DNA of 64,000 nucleotides from positions 95,728,001 to 95,792,000 of the forward strand of contig OZ024744.1 of the NCBI GenBank assembly GCA_964016885.1, written 5' to 3'. A model generated the notes under the pieces. It had not been told where the DNA came from, ran no database searches, and was given only the letters and a program-made list of their open reading frames with translations. The DNA is from Eledone cirrhosa. Taxonomy: Eukaryota. Of the stretch, positions 12,502 to 25,059 are shown piece after piece. The position numbers were made by a program, and so were the translations under genes. Every line of letters begins with the position of its first letter. Position 1 is the stretch's first letter.

Positions 12502-13120
12502 TGCATGTATGTATGTATGCATACATACATCCTCATTTTTATGCGTGTGCATGCAAACAGGTCAATATGCGTGAGTGTAAGTATGTGTGTGTGTACGTAT
12601 CGAACGTATGGATGTGTAAGTGTGCGTGTGTATATAAGCATGTATATTTTTGCGTATCTTTTGTGAGATATATGTATGTACCTTGTTTGTCTTCTTTTCT
12701 TTAATTTTTTCTTTCTAAATTATTGTTCCATTTTTATAAATATATCGAGATTGATACTTTCCTTTAATTATTACACTCCCTTACCTCTTTAACTTCCGCA
12801 TCTAAGTGTACGTGTGTGTAGGTGTGTTTATGCGCGTGCCTTCATATTCTTATGATGTATCGATTCTGTCTGTAGATTACAGACATACAGATACATTTGC
12901 CCTAAATTATATATTTACGCACACTTTTTCACTATACGTATACATATGTGCATACACATATATGCACATCTGTGAGCGTATATACATACATATACACACA
13001 CCTAACTATATTTCTTGAAAGATTATTATATATTTCATATTGTAATTCATTTGTCTATATATTTTTTGTTTTTTTTTGCTTTTCTTGATGAGACTTTCCA
13101 AGTATTTACCCATGTTTTAT

Positions 13121-13198
13121 ATTGCCTCGTCTGACGAACGAATGAAGATGTTTCTTTCGTATTCGCCTCATTCGGGAAACCTCTGGTAATGAGGTAAT
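13121..13198 (+). ncRNA. Type I hammerhead ribozyme motif
   Basis: Stem I attgcctcgt/atgaggtaat; CTGACGA at 13131-13137; stem II cgaatga/tcattcg; GAAA at 13176-13179; stem III Acc-tct-ggT; cleavage triplet GUA. Confidence 0.8.
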
Positions 13199-13733
13199 TA
13201 TATTGTATTGATTTTTATACATTAAATTTTGCTCTGATACTTACATAGAACACTCTTCACTTCTATGACCTTTTCTGTTTTCAACGGAAATTTCAATACT
13301 TATATATATATATATATAAATTAGTTATGCTTTGCTTGCCCTCAGACTTCAACAGCAAGTATTATAACCTTTGGAAAACTCATTTGATTGAACTTGAATT
13401 CCTACATACTGTTGACCTCAAGTGAGCATTGAGCTTTTCACACCTTGCCAAAAAATAATGGAGGACTCCTCCACTATTATTACTACACATACATATATAT
13501 AGCAAGACACTTTATTTCACATTGCTCCTTCTACCTGGAGTTGAGGCCAATAAATAGTACTACCAACTGGAAAGACCAATGGGAACATTGTTTCGTCGGA
13601 TTTGACGAAAGTCGATCGATCCTTTATATATAGATATCTCATCATCATCATCATTTTACATCCACTTTTCCCTTCTTGCAAAGGTAGGACAGGTCTTATT
13701 CAGCACCTTTACCTTTGTAGCAGTTGACAATGA

Positions 13734-15472
13734 TGCTACAAAGGTAAAGGTGATGCACTCGATAGAGGAAACTATAGAGGTATAAAGCTGATGGACCAGG
13801 TCATGAAAGTAACAGAAAGAGTTATAGCACAGTTGATTAGGGACCGGGTGAAACTAGATGAGATGCAATTTGGGTTTGTACCAGGAAGAGGCACCACTGA
13901 TCCCCTCTTCCTTGTCAGGCAGTTACAGGAAAAGTACCTAGCTAAAAGTTACCCACTCTACTTGGCATTCGTCGATCTCGAGAAAGCCTTTGCTGTAATC
14001 TGGTGGGCTCTTAGAAAACTAGGAGTAGATGAATGGCTTGTGAAAGCTGTACAAGCCATGTATAGGGGAGCAGTCAGCAAAGTTAGGATTAGCAATGAGT
14101 ATAGCGAGGAATTTAGCGTACAGGCTGGTGTCCACCAGGGCTCTGTTCTAAGTCCTCTCCTGTTCATCATAGTCCTGCAGGCAATAACGGATGAGTTTAA
14201 GACCGGATGCCCATGGGAACTCCTGTATGCTGATGACCTCGCACTTATAGCTGAATCTATGGTAGAACTAGAGAAGAAATTCCAAACTTGGAAGCAGGGA
14301 CTAGAAAGAAAGGGTCTCAAAGTCAACATGACAAAGACTAAGGTCCTTGTAAGTAGACGAGAAAACAGAACCCAGATCCCCTCAGAGAAATGGCCTTGCT
14401 CAGTATGTAGGAAAGGTGTAGGTAGGAACTCCATTCTATGCCCCAAATGCAAACAATGGGTACACAAGAGATGTAGCGGGATCTCAGGAAGCTTAATTAA
14501 GAATGTAGGCTTCACATGCAGCAAACAGCCACAGGAAACAAGTACCACCAATCTCTGGGAGGGCTCTGTAGAAACAGTAGACAGCTTCTGCTACCTAGGT
14601 GACCGAATTAGCAGCGGAGGTGGGTGTTCAGAAAGTACAATAACTAGGGTAAGAACGGGATGGAAGAAGTTCAGGGAACTACTGCCACTGCTAGCTGCAA
14701 ATTCTCCCTCAAAATGAAAGGCAGACTGTATGATGTGTGTATCCGAACAACAATGTTACATGGTAGTGAGACCTGGGCGCTGAAGGTGGAAGACTTACGT
14801 AGATTAGAAAGAAACGAAGCCTGCATACTCCGATGGATGTGTAATAGTAATATACGCGAACGACAAAGCATAAATGAATTGAGAGAGAGACTGAGCATAA
14901 GAGGAATCAAATGCTGTGTGCAGGAGAGGCTGTTGCGTTGGTATGGACATGTGATGCGTAAGAAGGATGACAGCTGCATAAAAAGGTGCAGAGCACTAGA
15001 AGTCAATGGAAACCGTGGAGTGGGGAGACCCAAGAAGACCTGGGATGAGGTGATAAAAGCCGACCGTACCCAATTACACCTCTCAAAGGCGATGACACAC
15101 GACTGTGACCTCTGGCGTCACGCAGTAATACAGAGTACCCGACCTCCCATGGGTACAAGCTGAAGCATATAGACAATATGCCCCCACACCCTCCCACTGC
15201 AAGGTGGTCGTGAAGGTGCCACAGCAAAAAAGTACCCAGCCCACACTGTAAAGTGGACGTGTAGGCGCCACGGAAAAAGCACCCAGCACTCACTGTAAAT
15301 GAGGTTGGTATTAGGAAGGGCATCCAGCTGTAGAAATCAAGCCAAATCAGTTCCTGTATGAGCAAGGCATGGTCAGCTGACCAGACACTGCCCACAACAG
15401 GAGAACCCGCCTAACCCATGCTAGCGTGGAAGAACGGACGTAAAACGGTGATGATGATGATGATGATGATGA
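13734..15472 (+). mobile_element. 5'-truncated RTE LINE (ORFs 13791-14717 and 14660-15163)
   Basis: RT motifs; partly deleted PHD; same subfamily as 48380-52145; (ATG)n tail. Confidence 0.92.
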
Positions 15473-15929
15473 TATATATACACATATATATATATGATTA
15501 TATGGCTTATTTAAATAACTGCAGACTAAGACTAAACACTAATTGTGCAACGTTAATTCCTATCCTATTAAATGTTTCACCCTTTACCTTCTTTATTTGT
15601 TACTGAATAAACTTTCCCTCATTTGGCAAGAGGGGGCGGGGGCGTCCTCAAACTACTTTTCTATGCATGGTCTCCAATCTTGGAAACTAATTACGGAAAA
15701 TGCCCCCCCCCCCCACATATCCCACTTCATCATCATCATCATCATCATCATCACTGTTTAACGGCCATTTTCCATGCTTGCATGGGTTAGACAGGTTGTC
15801 CATGACATGAAACTAGTCTGGCCAGATTGGCTGTGATGAACCTTGCTCAGACGGAACTGTAAAATTTGGCCAGGGCTTTTATAGCTGGATGCCCTTCCTA
15901 ACACAATCACATTTACAGTGTGGAACTTA

Positions 15930-16365
15930 CTATATGTATAATTGCACCTCCCAAAGGCGATGACACAGGACCGAGACCTCTGGTGTTGCGCAGTAATACA
16001 GAAGACCCGATTTCCCACGGGTACAGGCCGAAGCTGAAGCATATATACAGTGTGCCCCACCCCACCCCCCACTGTAAGGTGTTGTGTAGGTGTCACAACA
16101 AAAAGCACCCACTCCACACTATAAAGTGGTCATGTAGGTGTCATGACAAATAATACCCAGTCTACACTGTTAAGTGGACATGTAGGCATCACAACAAAAA
16201 GCACCCAGTACTCACTGTAAATAAGGTTGGCATTAGGGAGGGCATCCAGCTGTAGAAACCAAGCCCAAATCAGTTCTGTATGGGCAAGACATGGTCACCC
16301 GACCTAGCACACGAACAGGACAACTCATCTAACCTATGTTAGTCTGGAAAAATGGATGTATGATA
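15930..16365 (+). mobile_element. RTE 3' end fragment
   Basis: Matches the C-terminal end, 3' UTR repeats and tail of other copies. Confidence 0.75.
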
Positions 16366-16624
16366 ATATATAAACTTTTTGATGAAAAGTAAATAAATAG
16401 TAGCTGTATTTCAGATTAGCTTTTTAAGTGGTGGAAATCAGCACCCTATCTCATCTCATGTTTGGCTTGCTGTGCCTTTCCCCACTCAGGACTTAATGGC
16501 TCTTTTCAGTATTTCCGTTTAAGTCCTCAGGACTAGAAGTCTTAATACTGTTTTGGTGTAATAAAAACTATGATAAATGGTGTTCCAATCATGACAATAC
16601 TATTGGCTTGTCAATCAGAAACCA

Positions 16625-18640
16625 CATTCTTCAACGTTCTCCCGTTCATCCGCCCACTGTTCTTCGGTGCGAAGCTATTTGGTCTCACCAAGCCCAATGG
16701 AGATCTGCGCCCCATTGCAATTGGCTGCACCCTTTGCCGCCTCACTGCAAAGGCATGTTTGTTGTTGGTCTCTGACTCACTGGCGGAGGAATTCTCCCCC
16801 ATCCAGCTGCTCTCCTCGTCCCCCGAGGTCATTCTCAAACTTGACCTCAGGAACGCCTTTAACTCCGTCAGCCACGACGTCGTCCTCGGCTCAGTAAGAG
16901 AGAGGGTCCCACAACTCTATCACTTTGCTTGGCAGGCTTATCAGGAGCCCTCCTACCTCTCTTTCAGTGACCAGATCATCACCTCTGCCTCAGGAGTCCA
17001 ACAGGGTGACCCACTCGGGCCAGCTCTGTTTGCACTGGGCATTGATGATGTCACCAAGATCGGGGTTGAGTTGGACCTCAATGTCTGGTACCTTGACAAC
17101 GCCTGTTTGGGGGGAACTCCGGATATAGTTCTCGCCACTGCCAACAGGATGGTTGAGGAACTTGACCGCTGAGGTCTCCAGGTCAATAGCTCCAAATGTG
17201 AGCTCTGGATCCTCAGCCACCCGGCTTCCCAACACAAACAGCTAATTGACCAGTTTGCAGAGACCTTCCCTTCCATCATGGTCTCTCCCCCGTCGGCTTG
17301 GTGCTCCTTAGGAGCCCCAATCACAGACCTGACCTTCGAGTCAATCTTCCAATCCAAGATGGTTGGCCTTGGGCAGCTGCTGAAGAATATTGAAGTTATC
17401 GAACCCCATCAAGGTTTCTTCATACTCAGGAACTACCTGTCTATTCCTAAGCTTCAGTATCTGCTCAGGGTCAGCCCCTCTCACAGATTTCTGTCCTGCC
17501 TCCAACGCTTCGACGAACTAATCTTTGAGAGGCTCGAGTGCTTGGTCAATGTTAGACTCTCTCCAGAGTCCCGCGATTAGGCTGCGTTGCCCAAGCGATT
17601 TGGTGGTCTTGGTCTTCGTAAGTGTTCGTCCCTCTCTCTCTCCTGCTTCCTTTCCTCCAACTATGCTTGTGAGCAGCATCCTCTCCTCTCCAACATGGAC
17701 TAGTTCCAACAGGGAGTTGGGTGAAACTCTCCACAATGGAGTGAGTTGGGCTTGTCTCTTCCTGAGAAGATGGAGGACAGTCGAAGTCAGAGAACTTGGG
17801 ACAGCATAAGTTCGAAGGCCACCTTCGACTCTCTCTTCATCCAGTCAGATCAGTTTGCAAGATGCCGCTTACGATCTGCCATCGACAAATACTCAGGCGA
17901 CTGGGTTGATGCCCTACCCGTGGCCAACGTCGGTGGCCTCCTCAGCCTGGACGAACTTCGTGTCTCCATCGCCCTCAGAGTGGGAGCTGACGTCTGCGGC
18001 AAACTCCAGTCTTTCTTGCTGCCTAAATGCCGGCTGCTTTACACGTCACACGGAGCTAAACCTCATCCTCAAGAGAGCTTTGGCTCGGGCGAACAGCCCC
18101 TCAGTCTTGGAACCATCTGGGTTGTCCAGAAGTGACGGCAAAAGACCTGGATGGCCTTACCCTGTGCCCCTGGTCGTGAGGCAGGTGTCTTGCCTGGGAC
18201 GTCACTGTTAGTGACTCTTTTGCTCTCTCCCACAGCCTGGATGCTGCGGTTAGAACGAGAGCCACAGCTTCCGCAGCCGAGCGGAGCAAGACCCTCAAAT
18301 ACTCTGATCTGTCGGCCAGCTACCTTTTTCAGTCTGTGGCTCTCTTCACTGGCGGCTTGCCTAATAGAGGTAACTGGTGAATCTCGCGAGGGCGCTTGGT
18401 TGTTCCAGCGCATTAACCTCGCCATCACCCGAGGCAATGCTGTGAGTGTGCTGGCTTGTCTCAAAAGTCATTAGAAAGGTCGCCCAGTACCCCTCACTGC
18501 TGTCTTTTGCTCTGGTGTTGGCTCGGTTGTTCACCCCTTCCTTTACTGTTTTAAACTAGGATTTGTTTGTTTGTTTTTTTTTATACTCTTTGGTATTCCT
18601 TCTTAAGTTTCCACACAGTTTTTTCCTATCTTCTTTTATT
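16625..18640 (+). mobile_element. CRE-like non-LTR retrotransposon (RT plus restriction-like endonuclease), 5'-truncated and disrupted
   Basis: KPNGDLRPIAIG, KLDLRNAFNSV, GVQQGDPLGPALF, WYLDN; C-terminal [24 protein letters not shown](DG) and FQRINLAITRGNA; GC-rich island. The 3' UTR probably resumes after the Helitron at ~19824-19940. Confidence 0.85.
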
Positions 18641-18646
18641 TAAACA

Positions 18647-19823
18647 CTAGTAGTGTATCCCAGCGTTGCACGGGTAAGAACATTGGTAATAGCACCTCCA
18701 ATGAGAAACGTTTATTTGTGAGTGCCTGTTAAAAACTCACGAAAATATACCAACAGGAAACTTGTTTTATTTGGAGAAAATTAAGAAGTTGAAAGTACAG
18801 TTTAGCTGTCTACATGCATTGTTCATAGAAATATTGTTGAGCCCCTTCTTTTCATACTCCTCTGTTTTGGACTATTGGAGTAAATGTGAAAGAGAAAGTC
18901 ACAGGTTAAGTTGGCAGAAGGTTCCAGTGTCATAGCAGTAAGGCGTAGGCTACTTACCTCAAAAGTTCATTCGCACTCTTTCCACTAAGTTACTCTTTCT
19001 CTCTATCCCTCTCGGTGCAGTCCCTTGCGAATTTCTCACGTAGGCCTGGTGTAGATTTGCACCCAATCCATCTGCCCGATGCACATGTCCACTTTGTACG
19101 GCTTTTGGAGGAAGGAGTGACCAGCAGTACGTTGTTTGGTATTATTACGGAAAGGCATAGCAGAGAATCCCGCGTGAACTAACAGCTTGGGAGGAAACTC
19201 CTTACCTCGAAGATTCATTCACCATCGTTGTTGTCAACGCTCCATTTAGTTGGTATTTGTTGGTCTACAGTTAGATGAATGGCGCACAAAGAGTTAATGT
19301 TTATTGGCAAGAAGTGGAAACTGGGCTGGCTTGCCTCGCTTATATTATATATTAAAATAACAGATTAAAGTTTAAGCAGAGAATCGCTGCTTTCACCCTT
19401 AACGGAATCTTCTGAAACTAAAAAAAAAATCAATCTGTGAACACAGAAGTAAATATTTCGAAAAACGTTGAAACTGAAGGAAAACAGGAAGATGATACTT
19501 TGGTTCGTGAAGATGTTCCCTGGCAATGAACGGATAATAGCAAACATAATACGTCATCAATGTTCGTCAGAATGTCGTAATGCAGACAGCTAGGCATACA
19601 GACAGCTATTATAAGGGCGCAACGGAGATCGATAACCGGCGCCTAACACTCCTTTAACAACAGAAAATTGAAAAATAAAAGCTGCAGTTAATATCTTTAG
19701 ACCGCAAAGAATATATAAATGCAAGTTTGAAGTCAATCGGTGTAGAAATGTGGATTTGTATAGACTTTGCAAAAATGATGACACGCACACAGACAACTAC
19801 AGTTTTATATATATATGTATAGA
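18647..19823 (-). mobile_element. Non-autonomous Helitron
   Basis: Minus-strand A|TC start at 19823; subterminal hairpin cccgtgcaacgctggg then CTAG|T at 18647; no TSD; internal similarity to 35050-35130. Confidence 0.8.
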
Positions 19824-20244
19824 TTGCCTTTCTCCCTTCCCTTCCCTAAACCTTTTCCTTACTTTCGTTATTTAATTTTTTCCCTTTGTTATTGCAAATA
19901 CTATATAACCGAATTGAAATTTGTCAAATAAGCTTTTATTAAAGATGTAAGAATGTGATTTGTGAGAAATTTGGGAGCTATATTTTTAGTAGGTTAAGCC
20001 ATGTATTAAGATACCTTTTGAACAAATTTTCTTGCAAATGAGTGATTTTTCTCTCTCCTTCTCTTTCTATTTCCTGATTGATTGAACTAACAGGTAAGAA
20101 AAAGGAAGAGTTTGTACATTAGTTCAGTGAGGTGGCTGTGGTTAGGATCACTCTGCATGTATTTTTACTTATTTTTAAGTAAGGTGATAAAAGGGATGAT
20201 TATACATTATACACAAACACACACTATATATACATACACACACA

Positions 20245-20553
20245 CACAATGAAACCTTGGTTCATGAACTTAATTCGCTCCTTAAGACGGTTCATCATCC
20301 AAAATGTTTGTAAACAGAAACTATTTTACCCATACAAAATGTTGAGAGAGAAATACAGTAAGAAAGTGAGACTGTATGTGAAAGACATAGATATCACCAC
20401 AGTAACCAACTACACAGAAAGTGATGCCTTTCCTCTGATACCCAACCTTGTTGCCAACCATTGTTTGTTACTCAATACTGTTCATGAACCGAAATGTTTT
20501 ATGTTCAGAAAAATTATTTGTGATGAGAATCATTCGTGAACCGAGATTACACT
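20245..20553. mobile_element. pogo/Tigger-like MITE
   Basis: Imperfect TIRs caatgaaaccttggttcatgaa ... ttcgtgaaccgagattacacta. Confidence 0.5.
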
Positions 20554-20599
20554 ATATGTTCACCCTTTCAATCACTCCCTTCTCTCACCAAATATAAAT

Positions 20600-23500
20600 A
20601 AACCTCTTACGAGGTACGAATCTCAGAATTTGTCAACGCTTATTAATGCTCAGACCTGCTCGCTCTCCTGCGAAATGTAATGTAAAATGCCATTTTTTTC
20701 TTGTCTCTCCAGCCTCTTGATCCATTCATTCATATATCCGTATCATCGCCCAGAATCCAATCTTTTGCTCTCTCTCAATGCTATTCTATAATTCTGTCTG
20801 GTTGTTCTAAATAATCTTGTATTTTAAAATCCCATTATTCGCTTATTACTGTTATATGCTTGTCCAATTATCCCCAAAATTCGAAGATTTTATTTAAACC
20901 CTCTCGCTAACTACCCCATACCCCTCCCACCTGCCCCCACTCTCCACCATTATTATTAGAACCAATCATAAGTCAGCGGCCTATGCTATCACTTCTGGTT
21001 GCTTTTCGATATGATGGATGGAATAGGAATTCTGGAGAGTCTGAAAAATCTGGACACTCAGTGACAATGCCAAAGATAAAGACAAATTCACCTCATGCTG
21101 CCGGACGAAAAGGCAAGGACTCCCCCTCTTTATTTCGGCCGTGGATGGCCAACATAACCCCCCCCCCCCCCCCCCACCGAACACAATCCAAAACTTCAGA
21201 GTTGGTACCATGAATGTAGGCACCTTAAAAGGTCGCTCTAACACGGTTGTAGAAGTGCTTGAACGTAAGGAGGTTGATGTCTGCTGTATCCAAGAGACCA
21301 GGTGGAGGGGTGGGTCTGCTAGATTCATTGTGGGTAAAAAAACGATGCTATAAGCTTTTCTGGGTGGGAAATGACAGTGGGCTGGGTGGAATAGGAATCA
21401 TGTTAGCAGAAAAATGGGTAGATAAGATAATAGACGTAAATAGAGTGAACGACAGAATAATTAAAATATGACTTGTCCTAAATAGAACTACTGTGACAGT
21501 AATATCTGCGTATGCACCCCAATCCGGACTGCCTGGCGCTATAAAAGACAGATTCTATGAGACATTGATGCTCACTACCTCCCAAATAACTGACAGTGAC
21601 TACATAATTATTGCTGGTGACCTAAATGGTCACGTTGGACAACATTGCAACGGGTATGACGGAATCTATGGAGGCTATGGGTTTGGTACTAGAAATGAGG
21701 AAGGCTCCAGAATCCTGGAATTCTGTGATGCAAATAACTTAACTATCTGTAACAGTAACTTAAAAAAACGAGACAATCACTTGATCACCTATAGATCAGT
21801 GGAACACGCCAGTCAGATAGATTATATCCTTACCAGAAGACGTGATAGAGTGTCTGTTCTAAACACTAAATCCCTCCCAACATAGACTCATAGTCAGCGA
21901 CCTCATAGTCAGCACAAGACGTACTCGACAACAGAGGAGGACTATCCCCAGGAGAAAAATATGGAAGCTAAAGGACCCCACAGCCAGTAATAAATTTAAA
22001 AGCATATTACTTGATGCTTTCGACAGTAAGGAAGAGCAATTAGAGTCGTACAATATAGAGGAACAGTGGGAATTCCTAAAAGCTAACCTGCTGAAAGCGG
22101 CAGATGACGTCTATGGCTGGAGCAGGCCTATAGGCAGGAGGAGAGTAACGTGGTGGTGGAACAGTAAGGTGGAGGAGTCAATTAAGGCAAAAAAGCAGGC
22201 TTGGAAAGTATGGCGGGATGGGGGAAGTTGAGAAGACTATCAAGTGGCCAGGAGGGAAGCTAGGAGACAAGTGTACTTCGCAAGAAGGGAAGCAGAGGAA
22301 AGAAAGTTCAAGCATGTTCTACAACGCGAGGACCAAAACGTGAGGTGTTCAGGATTGCTAAGCAATGTGTCAAGGAAAACCGTGATATTGTCGGGGAGAA
22401 GTGTGTCCTTAATGATGATGGTGTACTTGCCATCACTGACGCTGATAAGAAGGTAGCTTGGAAGTGTCACTACGAAAGGCTACTAAATGAGGAGAATAAA
22501 TGGGAGAAAGACAGTCTCCCCCACATCGATCCAATAGAGGGACCAGCAGTGCTAGTTGAAGGTAGTATAATAAGTAAGGCAATCAAAGATATGAAGACGG
22601 GTAAGGAGGCTGGGCCTTCGGAAATAGTTGCTGAAATGCTGAAAGCATCTGGAACGATGGGACACACTATGGTCACCCGGATAGTAAACCAAGTCATACA
22701 GAATGGGGCCGTTCCGAAGGACTGGCGTAGTAGCATCATCATTAACTGCTACAAGGGTAAAGGAGATGCCCTAGATAGGGGTAACTATAGAGGCATTAAA
22801 TTAATCGACCAGGTCATGAAGGTCACAGAAAAAGTAATAGCGTAACTAATCAGAGAGAGAATTGATCTAGATGAAATGCAGTTCGGGTTTGTGTCAGCTA
22901 AAAGTACCACAGACGCTCTTTTCATTGTACAACTACAGGAGAAGTACCTAGCTAAAAGTAAACCCCTATACTTAGCTTTTGTTGACTTGGAGAAAGCCAT
23001 TATCTGGTGGGCTCTTAGTGAACTAGGTGTTGATGAATGGCTTGTGAGAGCTATACAAGCCATGTATAAAGAAACAGTCAGCAAGGTTAGAATTAACAAC
23101 GAATATAGTGAAGAGTTTAGCGTAAAAGTTGGTGTTCATCAGGGCTCCGTTCTTAGACCCCTACTATTTATTATTGCCCTTCAGGCTATAACAGTGGAGT
23201 TCAAGACCCGCTGCCCATGGGAACTCCTATACGCAGATTATCTAACGCGCATAGCTGAATCAATGGCTGAACTAGAGAAGAAATTCCAAACATGGAAGCA
23301 CGGCCTAGAATCAAAAGGCCTTAAAGTTAACTTGTCTAAGACTAAAGTTCTAGTTTGTAGGAAGGAAAATAGGGCACCGGTCCCATCTGGGAAATGGCCA
23401 TGCTCAGTGTGTAGGAAAGGAGTAAGCAGAAACTCCATTTTATGTCCCAAATGCAAAGTATGGGTGCATAAAAGATGTAGTGGGATCACAGGTAAGCTAA

Positions 23501-24308
23501 CTAAGAATATAGATTTTATATGTGGCCGGTGCTCTGGTGCAATAAGTAGCAGTAGGTGCCCACAGAATACTAGCTCATTCCATTGCACAGATGGTTCTAT
23601 AGAAATAGTGGACACCTTCCGTTACCTGGGTGACAAAATCAGCAGTGGGGGAGGGTGCTCTGAAAGTACAGTAGCTAGAGTCAGAACGGGATGGAAAAAG
23701 TTCAGAGAGCTTATACCACTATTGGCCACTAAAGGGTTATCTCTAAAAATGAAGGGCAGGCTGTATGATGCCTGCATACGAACAGCAATGTTACATGGCA
23801 GTGAGACTAGGGCATTGTGTGCAGAGGATATACGCAGACTGGAGAGGAACGAAGCTTGCATGCTCCGCTGGATGTGTAATAGTAATATACGTGAACGGCA
23901 AAGCATAAACGAACTAAGGGAGAAATTAGGAATAAGAGGGATCAGATGTTGTTTACTCGAGAGAAGACTACGTAGGTATGGTCACGTGATGCACATGGAA
24001 GACGACAGCTGTATAACAAAGTGCAGGCGATAAAAATAGACGGTAGCCACGGAGTAGGCAGACCCAGAAAAACCTGGGACGACTTGATAAACTCCGACCT
24101 CACACACTTACACCTCTCCAAAACAATGTCACTGGACCGAGATCTTTGGCGCTACACAGTAATAGAGAAGACCCGCCTTGCCTAAGTACAAAGCGAAACC
24201 TACAGTCAGTAGGCACCTCTAACAAAAATGAGGTCGTGTAGGTGTCACAACAAAAAAACACACAGTCCACGCTGTAATGTGGCTGTATAGGTAACACGGT
24301 AAAAACCT
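20600..24308 (+). mobile_element. Near-full-length RTE LINE (APE endonuclease, RT and PHD), frameshifted
   Basis: VGTMNVGTL, CIQETRW, SAYAPQ, AGDLNGHVG, SQIDYIL (APE); RT ORFs 22345-22845 and 22876-24033; 5' boundary approximate. Confidence 0.92.
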
Positions 24309-24309
24309 C

Positions 24310-24500
24310 TATTTGTGCTATAGACCAGACTCCAGCCCCGCAGTCTGCTCATCAGACATGTTAATCAAGCAAAACCAGAATCTCATCTCATTTTCTGGTT
24401 TTGCTTGATAACAAGTCTGATGAGCAGACTGCGGGGCTGGAGTCTGGTCTATAAGACAAATATAGATCCTGAGCCATCCATCTGTGAAACCTTGTTTTGT
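24310..24500 (+). other. Fold-back hairpin containing a degenerate hammerhead core
   Basis: ~70-bp inverted arms across 24310-24462; CTGATGA at 24417, gcaga/tctgt stem II, GAAA at 24486. Confidence 0.6.
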
Positions 24501-24510
24501 TCTTCTTAAT

Positions 24511-24542
<32 letters not shown>

Positions 24543-24676
24543 CCCTTGCAAGCAGGGAAAAGCGGACGTAAAATGATGATAATGATGATGATGATATATA
24601 CATATATATATATTCTGACGACTGAAGACAGAGATATAAAAGCTTCAATGTGAAACCTTGTTTTGTTCTTCTTAAT

Positions 24677-24728
<52 letters not shown>

Positions 24729-24833
24729 TATATATATATATACATACATATATATATATAGATATATTCTGACTGAAGACAGACATATAAAAGCTTCAAT
24801 GTGAAACCTTTTGTTGTTCTTAATTACATACAT

Positions 24834-24866
<33 letters not shown>

Positions 24867-25059
24867 TACAGACACATATATATACATACATACATACATA
24901 CACATATACACACACATATATATATATATACATACATATATATATATAGATATATTCTGACAACTGAAGACAGACATAACATCTGCCTTCAAGAAACCAC
25001 TGGTAAATGAAATAATTATCTTATGTTGTTTATTACATAATTAAATATATATATATATA

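Noticed and set aside
20590-20650. Possible HDV-like ribozyme at an RTE 5' end (acc-tcttacga-ggt)
   Set aside because: P1 and P1.1 cannot be formed by eye.
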